DNA of 64,000 bases from an uncultured Spirochaetaceae bacterium (GTDB lineage Bacteria; Spirochaetota; Spirochaetia; SZUA-6; DRHE01): the NCBI GenBank assembly GCA_964588525.1, contig CAZPQC010000001.1:25238-89237 (forward strand), read 5' to 3'. This document shows positions 36,963 through 45,766 of the stretch, one piece after another. The notes beneath the pieces are model-generated. The model saw only the letters and a list, made by a program, of their open reading frames with translations. It had not been told where the DNA came from and did not search any database. The position numbers were made by a program, and so were the translations under genes. The stretch's first letter is position 1; each line of letters begins with the position of its first letter.

Positions 36963-38036
36963 ATGCAGCCGGCACCGCATTATTTGAGCATGCATGTACC
37001 ACGCAGCTGGAAGCACAGCCGGAGCACTGTTCGCATCCTCTCCATCGATGGCGGCGGCATCCGGGGCCTGATACCGGCGCTGGTGCTCGCTCACCTCCGC
37101 GGGCGCCTCGATGAGCACGGCAAAACCGCTGAGTTTCACGAGCTTTTCAACCTGATGGCCGGGACCTCCACCGGAGGACTGATCACAATCGGGCTAAGCA
37201 CTCCGAAACCGGATCCGGAAGATCAGGAACGCTTCGTCAATCAGACTGCCCTCTCCATTGACGATATAAAGGAAATCTATCTCGAGAAGGGAGAGGTCAT
37301 TTTCCCCCGCTCGACTTTCCGCGGCTTGCGCAGGCTGGGCCAGGTACTCCACGAGAAATACAGCCCCGAGCCGATCCGAGACCTGATGGAGGAACTCCTG
37401 GGCAAGGCGACCTTGAAAGACAGCCTCTGTCATCTGCTGGTTACCAGCTATGACATGGCAAAGGGCACCGTGTTCTTGTTCAAGAATCGCCCGGAGCGCA
37501 AGGACCGCCACCAGGAGGATCCCAACTTCTACCTCAAGGACATCGCCCTGGCCACCTCCGCGGCACCGACTTACTTCGAGCCGGTTCGAATCCAACCAAT
37601 CGGCCACGACGGTGCCTCCATGTGCCTCGTCGACGGCGGGATTTTCGCGGCCAACCCCGCCATGTGCGCCTACATCGAAGCCCGCAAGACCTTCCGCTCC
37701 GCCAAGCGATTCTTAATTCTGTCGCTGGGTACGGGAATCGTAACCAAGCGCTACCCCTGCCGCGAAATCAACACGTGGGGCTACCTGGAGTGGGTGAATC
37801 CAGCCCGGGGAGCACCGCTTTTAAGCGCGATGTCCACCGGCCAGAGTGAATGCGTGAATCATCAACTCCGCAAACTGCCCGGAGTCGAGTATTTTCGAAT
37901 CGACGGCAAGCTGGGGGAAGAGCATGTCCAGATGGACGACGCCAGTCCCGCGAATCTGGCTGGTCTGAAGGCGGCGGCGCAGCGGATCATCCGTGAAAAC
38001 GAGGATTCCATCGAACAATTGTGCCGGAAACTTTGA
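36963..38036 (+). CDS. Patatin-like phospholipase
   Basis: DGGGIRG oxyanion motif, GTSTGG (GxSxG) nucleophile, LVDGGIFANNP catalytic Asp motif. Start uncertain (ORF opens at 36843). Confidence 0.85.
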   Translation: MQPAPHYLSMHVPRSWKHSRSTVRILSIDGGGIRGLIPALVLAHLRGRLDEHGKTAEFHELFNLMAGTSTGGLITIGLSTPKPDPEDQERFVNQTALSIDDIKEIYLEKGEVIFPRSTFRGLRRLGQVLHEKYSPEPIRDLMEELLGKATLKDSLCHLLVTSYDMAKGTVFLFKNRPERKDRHQEDPNFYLKDIALATSAAPTYFEPVRIQPIGHDGASMCLVDGGIFAANPAMCAYIEARKTFRSAKRFLILSLGTGIVTKRYPCREINTWGYLEWVNPARGAPLLSAMSTGQSECVNHQLRKLPGVEYFRIDGKLGEEHVQMDDASPANLAGLKAAAQRIIRENEDSIEQLCRKL

Positions 38037-38051
38037 GGGAGGAGACTGATC

Positions 38052-39437
38052 ATGCCGGAACGAAAAGACCAAGAGAGGTTCATCCACATCATCGTGTCCG
38101 TAGCCGCGCTGGGCGGACTTTTGTTCGGATACGACACCGGTGTGATCTCAGGAGCGATCCTGTTCATCAAAAAGAGCTTTTCCCTTTCCCCTCAGCTGCA
38201 GGAGATCGTGGTCAGCGCCGTGCTGGTCGGGGCTGTGATCGGAGCCGTCACAGGAGGCAGGCTGGCGGACCGCTTCGGCCGCCGCAGGTTGATCATCCTC
38301 AGTGCCGTCATCTTCTCCATCGGAGCCGTCGCTACCGCCCTTACTCCCCTGATTTCCCTGCTCATCGCCGGGCGGATCGTCGTAGGCATCGCCATCGGAA
38401 TCGCTTCGTTCATCGCTCCGATGTACATTTCAGAGCTTGCTCCTGCTCGGGTACGGGGTTCCCTGGTCTCGGTGAATCAACTGGCCATCACGGTGGGGAT
38501 CGTGGTTTCCTACCTCGTCGACTACGCTTTCTCCGGTCTGGGGGCGTGGCGGATGATGCTGGGCCTGGCCGCGGTTCCCTCCATCATTCTCGCCCTGGCC
38601 ATGTGGCGCCTGCCCTCCAGCCCCCGCTGGCTGGTCGCTCGTGGGTCGATGGACAAAGCCAGGAATGTTTTGGGTCGAATCCGCCGATCCTCTGAAATCG
38701 ACGCCGAGGTGAAGGAAATCGAGAGGAGCCTCGAAAAGCAGAAAGGAAGCGGGGTGCTTCTTTCCCACCCGATGCTGCGTATGGCCCTGTTCGTCGGGAT
38801 CGGGCTGGCCGTTTTCCAGCAGCTCACCGGCATCAACACGGTCATTTACTACGCCCCCACCATATTCGAATTCGCCGGTTTCAAGACGGCAGGTTTTTCC
38901 ATCCTGGCCACGGTGGGGGTGGGACTGGTCAATGTCGCCTTTACACTGCTGGCCATACGCCTGATAGACCGGGTGGGCCGCAGACCCCTGCTGCTCGTGG
39001 GCGTGGCCGGCCAGATCGTTGGCCTGGTGATCTTGGGGCTCGCGTTCCAGCTGCACCAGCTGGCGCGGTTCATCGGCTACATCGCCGTGGCCAGCCTGGC
39101 GATCTACGTGGCGTCCTTCGCCATCGGACTGGGTCCGGTTTTCTGGCTGATGATCTCTGAGATCTATCCCCTCAAGGTCAGGGGTGCCGCCATGAGCCTG
39201 GCCACTGTGGTCAACTGGGGGGTAAATCTGGCCGTGGCCGTGACCTTCCTGACCCTGGTCGGAGCGGTGGGCCGCCCGGGAACCTTTTGGATCTACGCCG
39301 GGATCGGAATCGCAGCCTGGCTGTTCTTCTATTTCCTGGTACCGGAGACCAGGGGGAAGAGTCTGGAGGAGATCGAGGATCATTGGCACGCGGGAAAACA
39401 TCCCCGGGAATTGTCCCGACAGCCGGGACGCGAGTGA
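38052..39437 (+). CDS. Sugar porter family MFS transporter
   Basis: GGLLFGYDTGVISGA, GRRRLII, SSPRWL and PETRGKSLEEIE signature motifs. Confidence 0.9.
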   Translation: MPERKDQERFIHIIVSVAALGGLLFGYDTGVISGAILFIKKSFSLSPQLQEIVVSAVLVGAVIGAVTGGRLADRFGRRRLIILSAVIFSIGAVATALTPLISLLIAGRIVVGIAIGIASFIAPMYISELAPARVRGSLVSVNQLAITVGIVVSYLVDYAFSGLGAWRMMLGLAAVPSIILALAMWRLPSSPRWLVARGSMDKARNVLGRIRRSSEIDAEVKEIERSLEKQKGSGVLLSHPMLRMALFVGIGLAVFQQLTGINTVIYYAPTIFEFAGFKTAGFSILATVGVGLVNVAFTLLAIRLIDRVGRRPLLLVGVAGQIVGLVILGLAFQLHQLARFIGYIAVASLAIYVASFAIGLGPVFWLMISEIYPLKVRGAAMSLATVVNWGVNLAVAVTFLTLVGAVGRPGTFWIYAGIGIAAWLFFYFLVPETRGKSLEEIEDHWHAGKHPRELSRQPGRE

Positions 39438-39450
39438 GAAGGAGGTGCCG

Positions 39451-41472
39451 ATGGATCGACGATACGGCCAACCGCAATATCACCCCCTTTCCGATTACGG
39501 TGTTATCGGAGACTGCCATACCGTAGCCCTGGTCGCAGCGGACGGCTCCATAGACTGGTATTGCCCGGGCCGATTCGATGCCCCCGCGGTCTTCTGCCGC
39601 CTGCTGGACTCTGGTCGCGGGGGGTACCTCCGGGTGGCGCCTGGGGAGAAATTCGATACGGTGCAATCCTACCAAGGTGAAACAAACATATTAGAAACCA
39701 CGCTCGAGAGCCGAAGCGGGAGCGTGCTGCTTACGGACTTCATGCCGCTACACAGGCGAACCCCGACCCGAAGGGGCTACGACGTGGGCACGTCGCAAAC
39801 CATCATCCGGGTTATAGAAGGCCTAGCCGGCAGGGTCGAGCTGTCTGTAGATTTTTACCCCACCTTCGACTACGCCCGTGCACGGACTTCTTATGAGCAG
39901 ATCTCCTCTTTCGCTATGCTGGCCGGCGGAGGCGGCGGATTTCTGTCCCTCTCCTGTTCCTCCGCCCTGGATTTTCATTCTACCGCCGACGGCGGAATGA
40001 AGGCCCGCCTCGAGGTAGAGGCGGGAAAAAGATACTGGCTGGTATTGAGCGGAGCTCACAACCGCGAACAGCTTGCCGAAGCTCCTGACCCCGATCACTG
40101 CCGCCGGCAACTGGAGGACACCCGGGAGTATTGGCAGAGCTGGTCGTCGGAGTGCACCTACAACGGTCCCTACCGGCGGGAAGTTGTGCGCAGCTCACTG
40201 GTTCTCAAGCTGCTCACCTACGAGCCCACCGGTGCGGTCGTAGCCGCGCCCACCACCTCTATACCGGAACAGCTGGGGGGAGAGCGCAACTGGGACTACC
40301 GCTTTACCTGGCTGCGGGACGCCTCCCTCATCCTCTACGCCCTCACCAGTGTCGGCTACGAGCATGAAGCGGCTGATTTTTTCGAATGGTTGCAGGAAAC
40401 CCACCAGAAGGACCCCATCTCATCGCTGCAGGTGCTGTACGGTATCGACGGCGGACGGGAGATGAAGGAAACCGTGCTCGATCACCTGGCCGGATACCGG
40501 CATTCCCGGCCCGTGCGCATCGGCAACGCCGCCGCGGGACAGCTGCAGCTGGATATCTACGGGGAGATCCTGACCGCGGCCCATCTGTATTTCAAATCGG
40601 GGATGGGTGAACGCACGGGAGCGGAAAATCAATCGAAACAGCGGCTGCTGCACGAAGACTGGTCACTGCTCACAGGCTTGGTGAACCGGTCAGTGGAGAG
40701 ATGGGAGCAGCCGGACAACGGTATTTGGGAGGTACGGGGCGGCCGGCGGCAAACCCTGTATTCAAAAGTCATGTGCTGGGCGGCCGTGGACAGGGGCATG
40801 CGCCTGGCCCGGGAATATTCCCTGGAGGCGCCGCTGGAACACTGGAGCAGGAGCCGCGAGCGGATCAAGACCGCGATCCTCACTCGCGGCTACAACCGGT
40901 CCGTGGGGGCATTCGTGCAAAACCTGGACGGGTCCGAGCTCGACGCCAGCGCCCTGGCCATCCCCAGGGTCGGCTTACTGCCGCCCACGGATGAGCGGAT
41001 CCAATCCACGATTGCCAGAATCAGCACGGAGCTCAGTTCCAACGGCCTCCTGTATCGCTACCGGAGTGCCGACGGCCTCCAGGGGAGCGAGGTCACCTTC
41101 GCTCTGTGTACGTTTTGGCTGGTGGACTGCCTGGCCCTGGGCGGCCGGCTGGAAGAGGCCAGGGAATTGTTTGACCGCGTGTTGAGCTACGGCAGTCCGC
41201 TGGGGCTGTTCTCCGAGGAGATCGATCCGGTCAGTGGAGAGCTGCTCGGGAATTTCCCACAAGGCTTCACCCACATGGCCCTGATCAACTCCGCCGTCAA
41301 CCTGGCCAAAGCGGCCAGACATGGAGCCGAGAGGGAGCCAGAGACCGAATTCGAGCGTGCAGCCCGAGGCAGGTCCGCTGCGTCGGACAGCACACCGACG
41401 GGGGTCCGCCCAGGGGACGCATCACCCTGGTCCGGGGAGCCTCCGGGTGCGGCAAGACCGTCTTCGGTATGA
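39451..41472 (+). CDS. Glycoside hydrolase family 15 (glucoamylase/trehalase-type) with a non-homologous C-terminal tail
   Basis: DYGVIGDCHTVALV, ERNWDYRFTWLRDAS and QGFTHMALINSA are GH15-type blocks. ATG 39451 follows GAAGGAGG. The last ~25 codons read out of frame across a KaiC Walker A region. Confidence 0.85.
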   Translation: MDRRYGQPQYHPLSDYGVIGDCHTVALVAADGSIDWYCPGRFDAPAVFCRLLDSGRGGYLRVAPGEKFDTVQSYQGETNILETTLESRSGSVLLTDFMPLHRRTPTRRGYDVGTSQTIIRVIEGLAGRVELSVDFYPTFDYARARTSYEQISSFAMLAGGGGGFLSLSCSSALDFHSTADGGMKARLEVEAGKRYWLVLSGAHNREQLAEAPDPDHCRRQLEDTREYWQSWSSECTYNGPYRREVVRSSLVLKLLTYEPTGAVVAAPTTSIPEQLGGERNWDYRFTWLRDASLILYALTSVGYEHEAADFFEWLQETHQKDPISSLQVLYGIDGGREMKETVLDHLAGYRHSRPVRIGNAAAGQLQLDIYGEILTAAHLYFKSGMGERTGAENQSKQRLLHEDWSLLTGLVNRSVERWEQPDNGIWEVRGGRRQTLYSKVMCWAAVDRGMRLAREYSLEAPLEHWSRSRERIKTAILTRGYNRSVGAFVQNLDGSELDASALAIPRVGLLPPTDERIQSTIARISTELSSNGLLYRYRSADGLQGSEVTFALCTFWLVDCLALGGRLEEARELFDRVLSYGSPLGLFSEEIDPVSGELLGNFPQGFTHMALINSAVNLAKAARHGAEREPETEFERAARGRSAASDSTPTGVRPGDASPWSGEPPGAARPSSV

Positions 41473-42036
41473 AGTTCGTAGTCCGCGGCGCATCCCGGAA
41501 CGGCGAGTACGACCTGGAGGGCCTGTTGTTCCGGCTGGAGAAGGCGATCACCGTGGCCCGCCTGTTCGCCTGGCTGAAGCACAGGGCAATCACTACCGTG
41601 GTGACCGCGGAAAGCACCTCCGAACTTTCTCGCTACGGTCTGGGGCGCTCCCTCTCCGACTGCATCGTGTCCCTGTCCATGAGGGTGAGCAATCGCATTG
41701 CCACCCGTTATCTGCAGGTGACCAAATACAGGGGCTCGGCCCATAATCCCGACGAGTTTCCCTTCCTGATCTCCGGGGAGGGGCTTTCGGTTCTGCCCCT
41801 CACCTGTGGGACTATCCTCACTGATGGACAACTGGATCGACCTGCAACGGACGGAGATGGAGGGAGAGCAGAGCCGGCTGATCCGCATCATCAAGTCCCG
41901 GGGCATAGCTCATTCCAACCAGGTGCTGGAGTTCCTGATCACCGAAACCGGAATCGATCTGGCGGATGTATACGTGGGACCCTCGGGGATGCTCACCGGT
42001 CACGGGCTGCCCGGGCCAATCTCGAGCGCAGGGTGA
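41400..42036 (+). pseudogene. kaiC: Heavily deleted, frameshifted KaiC-like (double RecA-type ATPase) gene
   Basis: Frame A: GGPPRGRITLVRGASGCGKTVFGMKFVVRGASRNGE (Walker A) joined directly to late-domain sequence (DCIVSLSMRV...RYLQVTKYRGSAHNPDEFPFLISGEGLSV). Frame B from 41806: SSLMDNWIDLQRTEMEGEQSRLIRIIKSRGIAHSNQVLEFLITETGIDLADVYVGPSGMLTG, a typical KaiC-CII C-terminus. About 640 bp versus about 1500 bp expected; no usable N-terminus. Confidence 0.7.
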
Positions 42037-42108
42037 TCGGGGATCTGTCGGTAACCGGGCAGGTTCTCAGAGGGCTGGACATCCCGAGGTCCCTCAAGCC
42101 GGCCGCCG

Positions 42109-43149
42109 GTGCCGTCGAGTCGACTACCCGAAACGAGCCGCCGAAGGTTCAGCGTGGCTGAGAGGAAGCGGCCACGATCCGCCGGAGGGCCGAGGACCCT
42201 GCCCACGGACCAGGAGCAGCTGCGCCGGCTGCTCAACTACCTGCCCGACGGGGTGTTGCTTCTCGACCCGGAGGGCTGTGTACTGTTCGCCAACCCGGCC
42301 GCGGAGCGCCTTTTCGGCTACACTCCTGCCACCATGATCGGCAATATATTGGGTTTTCCCGTGGTAGAGGGAGGGACGGAGATCGAGATCCCCCAGACCG
42401 GCGGCGGACTGCGCACCGCGGAGATCCGCGCCGTACGGCTTCAATGGGCGGAGAAGGAGCTGTTTCTGGCCAGCCTGCGGGACGTGAGCGAGCGCAAACA
42501 GGCGGAGGTAAAGGTCCTCTCCCTGGGGCGACAGCTGCTGGAGGCCTATGAAACGATCCACAGCCGGGTGGGCAAGGAGCTGCACGACACGGTCGGACAG
42601 CCCCTGATCGGGCTCAAGCTGGCTTTGCACCATTTCCAGGAGCTGAAGGAGCAGGAGCCGGACATCGGCCTGGGTGAGATCGGGGAGCTTGTGGACGACA
42701 TGATCAACAGCATCCGCGACCTTACCCACTCCCTGCGCCCGGCGGTGGGTAACGGTTGGAGCCTCAAGGAATCCCTTGAAAATCACTTCCACCGCCTGGA
42801 ATCCAAGGAGGGGCTGACCGTTCGCTTCCGGGATGGTTTTTCCAAAATCCCGCTCCCCCGGCTGATCGAGACGGTGGCCTTCCGCATCGTTCAGGAGGGA
42901 CTGGACAACATTGCCCGGTACGCGGGGGTCGAGGAAGCCGAGGTGTCGATCAGCGCCCGGGATGATGAGCAGCTGGTGATCCGAATCCAAGACCGGGGAA
43001 AGGGCTTCGAACCGGATGAGGCGCAGCGCGAAGGCGGGATCGGCCTGCGGGCCATGCGGGAACGAGCCGAGCTGGCCCAGGGCAGCCTTTCGGTGGATTC
43101 GGCTCCGGGCGGGGGAACCCGGATCACCGCGGTTTTGCCATTGAAATAA
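42109..43149 (+). CDS. PAS-domain sensor histidine kinase, HisKA_3 (NarX/LiaS) type
   Basis: PAS (LLNYLPDGVLLLDPEGCVLFANPAAERLFG), HisKA_3 (ELHDTVGQPLIGLKLAL), HATPase_c (GIGLRAMRERAELAQGSLSVDSAPGGGTRI). An alternative GTG start at 42154 follows GAAGG. Confidence 0.85.
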   Translation: MPSSRLPETSRRRFSVAERKRPRSAGGPRTLPTDQEQLRRLLNYLPDGVLLLDPEGCVLFANPAAERLFGYTPATMIGNILGFPVVEGGTEIEIPQTGGGLRTAEIRAVRLQWAEKELFLASLRDVSERKQAEVKVLSLGRQLLEAYETIHSRVGKELHDTVGQPLIGLKLALHHFQELKEQEPDIGLGEIGELVDDMINSIRDLTHSLRPAVGNGWSLKESLENHFHRLESKEGLTVRFRDGFSKIPLPRLIETVAFRIVQEGLDNIARYAGVEEAEVSISARDDEQLVIRIQDRGKGFEPDEAQREGGIGLRAMRERAELAQGSLSVDSAPGGGTRITAVLPLK

Positions 43150-43408
43150 TCCTGTCTACCGGATCGAAGCAAGCGCCCCCAGATCGAAAGCCTCGGAGAT
43201 CATACCCCGATCGGCAACAGAAACTTGAATATGCGGAGACGAAGTGCCTCGCATCCATAACCGTTTCCTGCTATTTTCCCGCATCTCGAACGTGTTCAAA
43301 GGTGACTTGGACGAGGTGGTGCTCCACACCGACGGTAAGGAACAGGTCCACCCGCCGCAGCGGCGAGAGGGAGTCGGTGAGGTGTAGCAGTAGCAAACCT
43401 GCTCGCTC

Positions 43409-45766
43409 TCAGCTCTGCGGGGAGCCACACGCTTGTAGACGGGCCAGCCGTTCGGGCCTGGACTCCGCAAAGCGCCTGACTCCCTGGAGGATATCCTCCG
43501 GGGAGAGACGGGCCTCCTCCAGCACCTCATCCAGGGTGCCTCCCGTTCGCCAGCGGTCGTCCCAGTCCGCCGACAGGGCATACTCCTCGCCGATCTTGGT
43601 GTACAGCCAGTCGTGCATCAGCCAACGGGCCTGGGTGGTGATCACCGTGGAGTCCAGGCGCTCCGCCTCGGAGAGAACTTGCAGCCGGTAGGATTCGCCC
43701 TGAGCTGCGAACAGCTGTGGGCTGGTGGCGCAGACCACCTTGACGTTCAAGTCGGCGAGATCCCGGAGAATACGGATCACCGCGGCCATGGCGCTGGTGC
43801 CCTGCACGATCACCGTTCCGCCCCGCGGCCGGTCGTGGTCGACGTCCCGCACCACATAGGCTCCGCGGGCCGCCTCGAAGTGGGAGGGCATTCCGAGAGC
43901 TTCTCGGTCGGGAATCTCGATTTTCGGCCGGGTGAGGTGCAGAGCCACCACCGGAACATCCCGCCTCAGCGCCGCTGACAGAAGGACCGGCACCTCGTTG
44001 AACTCCCAGGGATGCAGGTTGATGATCTGACCTTGGGGAAACAGCTGGGTGACCCCGGGGGAAAAGATGCCGAAGTGGGTGCGGCTGTCGTCCGCGGTCT
44101 CCGGCCCGGAGTGACCGGCTATCCAGAGCACCTTGCCCAGCTTCCACTCGCAGTCCTGGGCCAGCTGGCTGAACAGCCGCACCATGCCGTACAGCAGGTA
44201 CGAGAAGGAACCGTAGGTGGAGGTGGTTCCCCAAAACCCCTGGAATTCCGTTTCCGGATCCTCGGAAAGATTCACCGTGGCCAATCCGGTCATGATGCCG
44301 GCGTTGGTGAATTCGGTGATCTCCTGGGGCAACAGCGCTCCTTGGTCGCTTCCATGGCGCTCGTACCACCCGTAGCCTTCGAAGGACCCGAAGGAAGAAC
44401 CGAAACCGCTGATGTTGGTGGAGCCGGCCAGGTCCGCGGAGCTGGCCAGGAACAGGGGCTGTCCGTACTCCCGGGCACCCAGGGCGTTGACCCAGGCCCC
44501 CCAGAGTCCCAGGGCTTCCCGGTTGGCCCGCTTCTCCCCCGCTTGGGCAAACAGCTCCGGCGGGTAGGCCCGGGCATCGCACAACCTGGGATCGGCGAAG
44601 GGACCGCCCTTGCTGTCCTTCCTGCCCTTCGGTTTCGTCCGACCGAGACGAAAAGCGGGGATCTCATTGGGCACACTCTCCCCCAGCTCCACCAGCCGGC
44701 CGGCCAGGTAGTCCACCAGCGCCTGATCCCGGTGAAGCACCCCGATCACCGCTTCCAGGTTGTCGCGAAACTCCTGCTGCAGAGCTTTAGCCTCCGTCGG
44801 AGCGCTGCCGCCGAAATTGGCGAAGCTCACCCCGTACTTCTCGGCGAAGGGTCTCTTGGTCTCCCAAAACTTTTCACTGTTTTGCGGGTGAGGCGAGCCG
44901 TGGGAGGCGTTGTCGTACTTGAGGTAGCCCCGACCCTTGCGGGTCCTGACCCACACGGCTGCCGGAGAACGCTGCGGATTGTCGGCGCCCACGATCTCCA
45001 CCAGCACGGCGGTGATCGCTTCCCAGCTCTCCCCTTCCTCGGTTCCCGCCGTCCGCCACCCGTGGGAGGCGAACCACTCCGTCGGAGTGCCGTACACGGA
45101 GTGGCTAATCTGGTGGTCGTCGATGCCGAAGTCGTTCCAGTCCACCAGGTAGATCAGGTTGTCCAGGGCCAGACCCCAGGCGGAGTTGGCCGTCTCATGG
45201 GTGGCTCCTGGAGTCAGGCCTCCCTCCCCTTCCAGGACGAACACCTTCACCCCTTCGGCCCCCGCCCGCTTGAGGGCCAGGGCGATTCCGGCGGAAGCCG
45301 GGCTCCCGTGGCCGGAAGGGCCGGTGTTGAACTTGAGAAAAAGGGTCCTTCCCTGCATCTCCGCGTGGCCGGAAAGCCCCCCGCGATGGCGAAAGCCCAG
45401 CAGGTGCTCCCAGTACAGGGCTCGCTTCTCAGGATCGAGCACCTGGTAGCGGGAATCCCCGGTCTGCCGGTGCTTGATGCGCAGAGCTTCGTTCAGCACC
45501 GCCAGGGTACAGTACACCAGGGGGATGGTGTGTCCCGCGCCCAGTACGAAGCGGTCGGCGAAGCGACGGCCCGGATCCCGGATATCCCAACGCATCACCC
45601 CGCTCAGCAAAGTGGCCAGCAGGATGTGCACCTTGGAGCGGGAGCCTCCCGGGTGTCCGCTCTGGCGATAGTTGAGGATGATGTCGATCAGCTGATCGAT
45701 GAGATCCTTGGTTTTTTCCCAGTGAGCGAAGGGATGGTTCAAAGTGGCGGTGTTGTTCTTGCTCAT
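43409..45766 (-). CDS. Transketolase-family ThDP-dependent enzyme, atypical long form (785 aa)
   Basis: TK-like N-terminal block (QSGHPGGS ... DRFVLGAGHT ... TGPSGHGS). The ThDP/Mg motif reads GEGG...NLIYLVDWNDFGID (Glu in place of the usual GDG Asp). A long linker precedes Pyr and C-terminal domains. ATGA overlap with the upstream aminotransferase. Confidence 0.7.
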   Translation of the reverse strand: MSKNNTATLNHPFAHWEKTKDLIDQLIDIILNYRQSGHPGGSRSKVHILLATLLSGVMRWDIRDPGRRFADRFVLGAGHTIPLVYCTLAVLNEALRIKHRQTGDSRYQVLDPEKRALYWEHLLGFRHRGGLSGHAEMQGRTLFLKFNTGPSGHGSPASAGIALALKRAGAEGVKVFVLEGEGGLTPGATHETANSAWGLALDNLIYLVDWNDFGIDDHQISHSVYGTPTEWFASHGWRTAGTEEGESWEAITAVLVEIVGADNPQRSPAAVWVRTRKGRGYLKYDNASHGSPHPQNSEKFWETKRPFAEKYGVSFANFGGSAPTEAKALQQEFRDNLEAVIGVLHRDQALVDYLAGRLVELGESVPNEIPAFRLGRTKPKGRKDSKGGPFADPRLCDARAYPPELFAQAGEKRANREALGLWGAWVNALGAREYGQPLFLASSADLAGSTNISGFGSSFGSFEGYGWYERHGSDQGALLPQEITEFTNAGIMTGLATVNLSEDPETEFQGFWGTTSTYGSFSYLLYGMVRLFSQLAQDCEWKLGKVLWIAGHSGPETADDSRTHFGIFSPGVTQLFPQGQIINLHPWEFNEVPVLLSAALRRDVPVVALHLTRPKIEIPDREALGMPSHFEAARGAYVVRDVDHDRPRGGTVIVQGTSAMAAVIRILRDLADLNVKVVCATSPQLFAAQGESYRLQVLSEAERLDSTVITTQARWLMHDWLYTKIGEEYALSADWDDRWRTGGTLDEVLEEARLSPEDILQGVRRFAESRPERLARLQACGSPQS

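Noticed and set aside
37575-37600. GGTTCGAATCC, a tRNA T-loop-like string.
   Set aside because: It lies inside the patatin coding frame (YFEPVRIQPIG). The flanking bases do not form a T-stem or an acceptor stem.
36963-38036. Patatin-like phospholipase as a possible CBASS-type or other anti-phage effector.
   Set aside because: No cyclase/nucleotidyltransferase, sensor, or other defence-associated gene is adjacent. The neighbours are a peptidase and sugar-utilisation genes.
43150-43408. Looked for the missing NarL-type response regulator, or any other gene, between the HisKA_3 kinase and the convergent transketolase-like gene. This includes ORF 43156..43581 and a possible 41-codon TTG ORF just after the TK stop.
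   Set aside because: No frame shows receiver or HTH motifs. ORF 43156..43581 mostly overlaps the TK gene out of frame. The short ORF has no recognisable features. Treated as non-coding or decayed DNA.
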